Origin: Candidatus Kaiserbacteria bacterium
GTDB lineage: Bacteria > Patescibacteriota > Minisyncoccia > Phycocordibacterales > UBA2100
Reading direction: 5' to 3'
Assembly: GCA_028286865.1 (NCBI GenBank)
Contig: JAQBQU010000007.1
Location: 5,888-69,887, forward strand
DNA: 64,000 nt
Every line of letters begins with the position of its first letter. The first letter of the stretch is position 1. The notes below the pieces were generated by a model. The model saw nothing but the letters and a program-made list of their open reading frames with translations, did no database searches and had not been told where the DNA came from. This document shows positions 61,601 through 64,000 of this stretch, piece by piece. The position numbers and the translations under genes are program-made.

Positions 61601-62302
61601 ATGGATACCGCTCTCAAGGGTACCTACGGGAAAAAAGTAGCCCAGGCAAAAGGCATCATCGACGCCTGGTGTCGGGTCCAGAAATGCACCGCCGACGATA
61701 TTCCGGTCCTCGCCGAAGATACGACCTGCGGGATCAGTGTCGGTGTTCTGGCATTCACTATCGCAACACATGTCGACATGGGCGTCATGCCGACCGCGGA
61801 TCTCCTCGGTATCAACGCGGGACACATGACGGAATTGCGAAACCTCGCTTACGACCGGATCAAAAAAAGGGTCGGACACGCCCGCAAGATACAGAGAGGC
61901 CTTTTGGGCGAAGCGCGCCGTGCATCTCGTGCCAAAGCGTTGGCACGAGCAAAGCAACGTGCAGACAGTCTTTCACGTCTTGAGCTCGAGAGCGACGCGA
62001 TCATCACCGCGACCCTCATGTTGTTGGATGACGCTCCTCACCATATGGTCATGGGCGGCAGCTTGCTCATCGAGCATGTGGAGATGCGACAGATCGTCGT
62101 CGCCGTTCTCTTCCATCATGTCGCCAACCGTCACAACAAGTCGATCCTCGCGCGCCACCTGAGGTGCAGCGTACACATGATCACGTATGCGCTCGATGCG
62201 GTGAGCTACGCGCTCCGCTCCGACCGCAGGCCCGTGATGAAGCGGAAGGCGCTGGCGGTCTGTGACGGACTGCGTATCGATCCCGAAAAGTTGAAGCTGT
62301 AG
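61601..62302 (+). CDS. DnaA-domain-IV-like HTH protein, paralog 1
   Basis: 233 aa. The C-terminus EMRQIVVAVLFHHVANRHNKSILARHLRCSVHMITYALDAV aligns by eye to the DnaA C-terminal DNA-binding domain pattern (R.IAMYL...S...IG..F..RDHTTV.HA..KI). GGAG lies 7 nt upstream. Confidence 0.55.
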   Translation: MDTALKGTYGKKVAQAKGIIDAWCRVQKCTADDIPVLAEDTTCGISVGVLAFTIATHVDMGVMPTADLLGINAGHMTELRNLAYDRIKKRVGHARKIQRGLLGEARRASRAKALARAKQRADSLSRLELESDAIITATLMLLDDAPHHMVMGGSLLIEHVEMRQIVVAVLFHHVANRHNKSILARHLRCSVHMITYALDAVSYALRSDRRPVMKRKALAVCDGLRIDPEKLKL

Positions 62303-62310
62303 ACATTGAA

Positions 62311-62347
62311 GCGGCCGCTCCTCCTGGGGGCGGCCGCGATTCTTGTA
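62311..62347 (+). terminator. Cassette terminator T2
   Basis: gcggccgctcc-tcctg-ggggcggccgc, then gattcttgt. Confidence 0.8.
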
Positions 62348-62351
62348 TAGG

Positions 62352-62380
62352 TTGCGGTCGACGGCGCAGAGGAATAGGAT
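62352..62380 (+). promoter_or_regulatory. Cassette promoter P2 (TTGCGG-N17-TAGGAT)
   Basis: See P1; conserved ..agagg(c/a)ataggatgc.. block. Confidence 0.55.
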
Positions 62381-62418
62381 GCAAAAAGGATCGAAACAAA
62401 CCATGAGGGAGTTGCCGC

Positions 62419-63177
62419 ATGGACATCGCTATCGATAAAAAGCTCGAAGCTGCGAGACTTGCGATCGCACGAGATATCATCTCGGCATGGTGTCGCCTGC
62501 GCCAAAAGACGGTCGAAGATATCGCCGCCATGGCGGACGATACGGCGACCGAAGTGGATGTCGCGCTCTTGGCCCACGTGGTCAGGACATATGCCGAGGT
62601 CGATGTGGTCGTGACCGGTCGTGAAATGGGTATCAGCGGCAGACTCGTGCTGAGCCTGCGCAAGCATACTCACAACAAGGTCACGGGGCAGACAGCACTC
62701 GGTAAGAAGCTGCACAACATCCTGGTCGAAGCCGGCTTGCGTACTGCCCCGCCAAAGCCCGTTCCCGATTCGGATCTAACTCCGAAGTCTCCCAAGCTCC
62801 CGAGGAAAAAACGGGAGGACCACGCCAAGCGTCGTGCGGAGCACGATGCTCTTCTCAAGACCGAGGGTGAAGAGCTCATCAAAAAGATCTTGGCGCAGTT
62901 CCAGAACGCGGAACGTGACCGGGTGTTCAGCACGATGCAGCTACCGCATCTGCGGGATATCAGGTACATATCCTACGCAGTTCTCTATCACCGAGTGTTG
63001 GGGAAAAGCGACTACGTCGCGATCGCGCGCTATTTCGACAAACAGAATACCTCGGTCAGTCACGGCATCGAACTGGTGAGCGACGCCATCGCTGACGGGC
63101 GCCCCTCACCGCTTATGGATAAGATCGTGCGCGTGTGCAACGCTCTACAGATCACACCCGAACAGCTCAAGTACTGA
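62419..63177 (+). CDS. DnaA-domain-IV-like HTH protein, paralog 2
   Basis: 252 aa. LIKKILAQFQ..VFS..LRDIRYISYAVLYHRVLGKSDYVAIARYFDKQNTSVSHGIELVSDAI is collinear with E. coli DnaA domain IV. The N-terminus is homologous to paralog 1 (IISAWCRLRQKTVEDI vs IIDAWCRVQKCTADDI). Confidence 0.6.
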   Translation: MDIAIDKKLEAARLAIARDIISAWCRLRQKTVEDIAAMADDTATEVDVALLAHVVRTYAEVDVVVTGREMGISGRLVLSLRKHTHNKVTGQTALGKKLHNILVEAGLRTAPPKPVPDSDLTPKSPKLPRKKREDHAKRRAEHDALLKTEGEELIKKILAQFQNAERDRVFSTMQLPHLRDIRYISYAVLYHRVLGKSDYVAIARYFDKQNTSVSHGIELVSDAIADGRPSPLMDKIVRVCNALQITPEQLKY

Positions 63178-63183
63178 TGCGAA

Positions 63184-63218
63184 GCGGTCGCTCCTCCTGG
63201 GAGCGACCGCAATTCTTT
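63184..63218 (+). terminator. Cassette terminator T3
   Basis: gcggtcgctcc-tcctg-ggagcgaccgc, then aattcttt. It carries a compensatory c/g to t/a change relative to T1 and T2. Confidence 0.8.
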
Positions 63219-63225
63219 ATCCACA
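63217..63225 (+). promoter_or_regulatory. Perfect consensus DnaA box TTATCCACA
   Basis: Exact 9-mer immediately after terminator T3, 40 nt downstream of the paralog 2 stop. Confidence 0.4.
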
Positions 63226-63293
63226 CCGCTCCCGTTTGACCAATACCGCTCACAGGCGTCTACTTCTAGAGGACACGTTCTCGTCCTGCTGGA

Positions 63294-63584
63294 ATGGGGG
63301 TTTCAATGACTGTCTCGGCAGACTTTCGAAAACAAGTTGAAGGCTTCGGGCTCACGACGGCACAGATCTGGTACACAAAGCCCGGATATCCGTGGCTGAT
63401 CAATTCCAACTGGCTTCTGTGGCAGCAATATGATCTGGCACCGAAGTTTCCAAAACTCCTCGACTACCTGAACTTCTGGCAGACCAACCTCGACGGCAAG
63501 CCCGTCATCGTCCGCGTGATGCACTCACATCTCATCAAGGCGACCGAGATCAAGACTATCGATGGCGAGTTCCGGCTCAACTGA
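63294..63584 (+). CDS. Usg-like family protein
   Basis: 96 aa (or start at 63306). GLTTAQIWY..P..L....WQQYDLAPKFPKLLDYLNFW...LDG....VRVMHSHLIK..EIKTIDGEFRLN matches my recollection of the Usg-like family pattern. Confidence 0.7.
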   Translation: MGVSMTVSADFRKQVEGFGLTTAQIWYTKPGYPWLINSNWLLWQQYDLAPKFPKLLDYLNFWQTNLDGKPVIVRVMHSHLIKATEIKTIDGEFRLN

Positions 63585-63603
63585 TCCTCCGCTCATTCAA
63601 GCA

Positions 63604-63634
63604 AAAGAAATGGCGGCTCATGGCCGCCATTTTC
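63604..63634. terminator. Bidirectional terminator between the usg-like and yggT-like genes
   Basis: aaatggcggc-tcatg-gccgccattt. Confidence 0.8.
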
Positions 63635-64000
63635 TATGCAACGTCCTGCTGCTGCAACTTCACTTCGGCCTCGGTGCGGGAAACCGGTTTGCCCATGACG
63701 AACAAGCGTACTATCCCCCAGGCGACTACCCAATACACGAGCATTGCGAGGAGTGTCGTCCATTCAAAGACACTGCCGGACACCTGCGTGGAACGTACGA
63801 CGTACAAGAACGGTGCGGCGAACGGATAGCTTGCGCCGTAAATGATCTCGGTAAAAACAGCGCCGGTATTCGCCCCGATGAGTTTCAATAAGAAGCGGAA
63901 GAGAAGTATCGTTTCGATGACATAAAAAATGTACCAGACTATCTGGGTTCCCCGATAAAGCGGACGGACCTTGCTGCGGTCTTCGGGCGCGACATATATT
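63634..64000 (-). CDS. YggT family membrane protein (5' end beyond window)
   Basis: The frame is open to the window edge. FRFLLKLIGANTGAVFTEIIYGASYPFAAPF...FEWTTLLAMLVYWVV matches the YggT pattern. Confidence 0.7.
   Translation of the reverse strand, partial: IYVAPEDRSKVRPLYRGTQIVWYIFYVIETILLFRFLLKLIGANTGAVFTEIIYGASYPFAAPFLYVVRSTQVSGSVFEWTTLLAMLVYWVVAWGIVRLFVMGKPVSRTEAEVKLQQQDVA

Noticed and set aside
63217-63225. Chromosomal replication origin
   Set aside because: There is a single exact DnaA box, no cluster of boxes, no AT-rich unwinding element, and no dnaA/dnaN nearby.
1-64000. Alternative genetic code (UGA or UAG reassignment), as in some candidate phyla
   Set aside because: Conserved genes are full length with standard stops, and TGA functions as the stop codon in at least eight ATGA start/stop junctions.
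1-64000. Mobile elements or defence systems (integrase, transposase, restriction-modification, toxin-antitoxin, CRISPR-Cas)
   Set aside because: I found no ORF with recognisable catalytic motifs for these families. The only mobility-like signals are the tRNA-Ser end duplication and the hairpin repeats reported above.

Overview
Dense 64 kb bacterial window with mid-to-high GC (judged by eye) and the standard genetic code; TGA stops sit in many ATGA start/stop overlaps. The backbone is housekeeping: recA, efp, rpsF-ssb-rpsR, metG, glyQS, recO, ileS, argS, rplK-nusG-secE, rplS, rpsT, ruvX/ruvA/ruvB, polA, tsaE and a murE-like ligase. There are 7 tRNA genes and a secretin-less type IV pilus set (pilM/N/O-like, with pilB elsewhere). 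There are also many large secreted or membrane-anchored hypothetical proteins built from Cys-bracketed Ig-like modules. Gene content looks like a reduced-genome, monoderm-like lineage such as CPR/Patescibacteria; this is inference only. No rRNA, CRISPR array, integrase, transposase or prophage genes were recognised. Most interesting: (1) A five-copy mosaic intergenic hairpin-repeat family has identical linkers but fully covarying stems. Copies sit between terminators and promoters, four of five next to tRNA genes, and one is wrapped in a triplicated tRNA-Ser 3' end. (2) A cassette array at 60.6-63.6 kb holds an HExxH protein, two tandem paralogs resembling DnaA domain IV (each with the same promoter and hairpin terminator), a perfect DnaA box and a Usg-like gene. 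(3) A two-subunit ATP-citrate lyase operon is preceded by a GNAT gene. (4) Smaller items: a SET-domain protein in a five-gene translationally coupled chain, a split flavin-salvage cluster, an unusual tRNA-Arg(GCG), leaderless-type promoters, and an orphan promoter-terminator unit. Many long track ORFs antisense to real genes are treated as artefacts.
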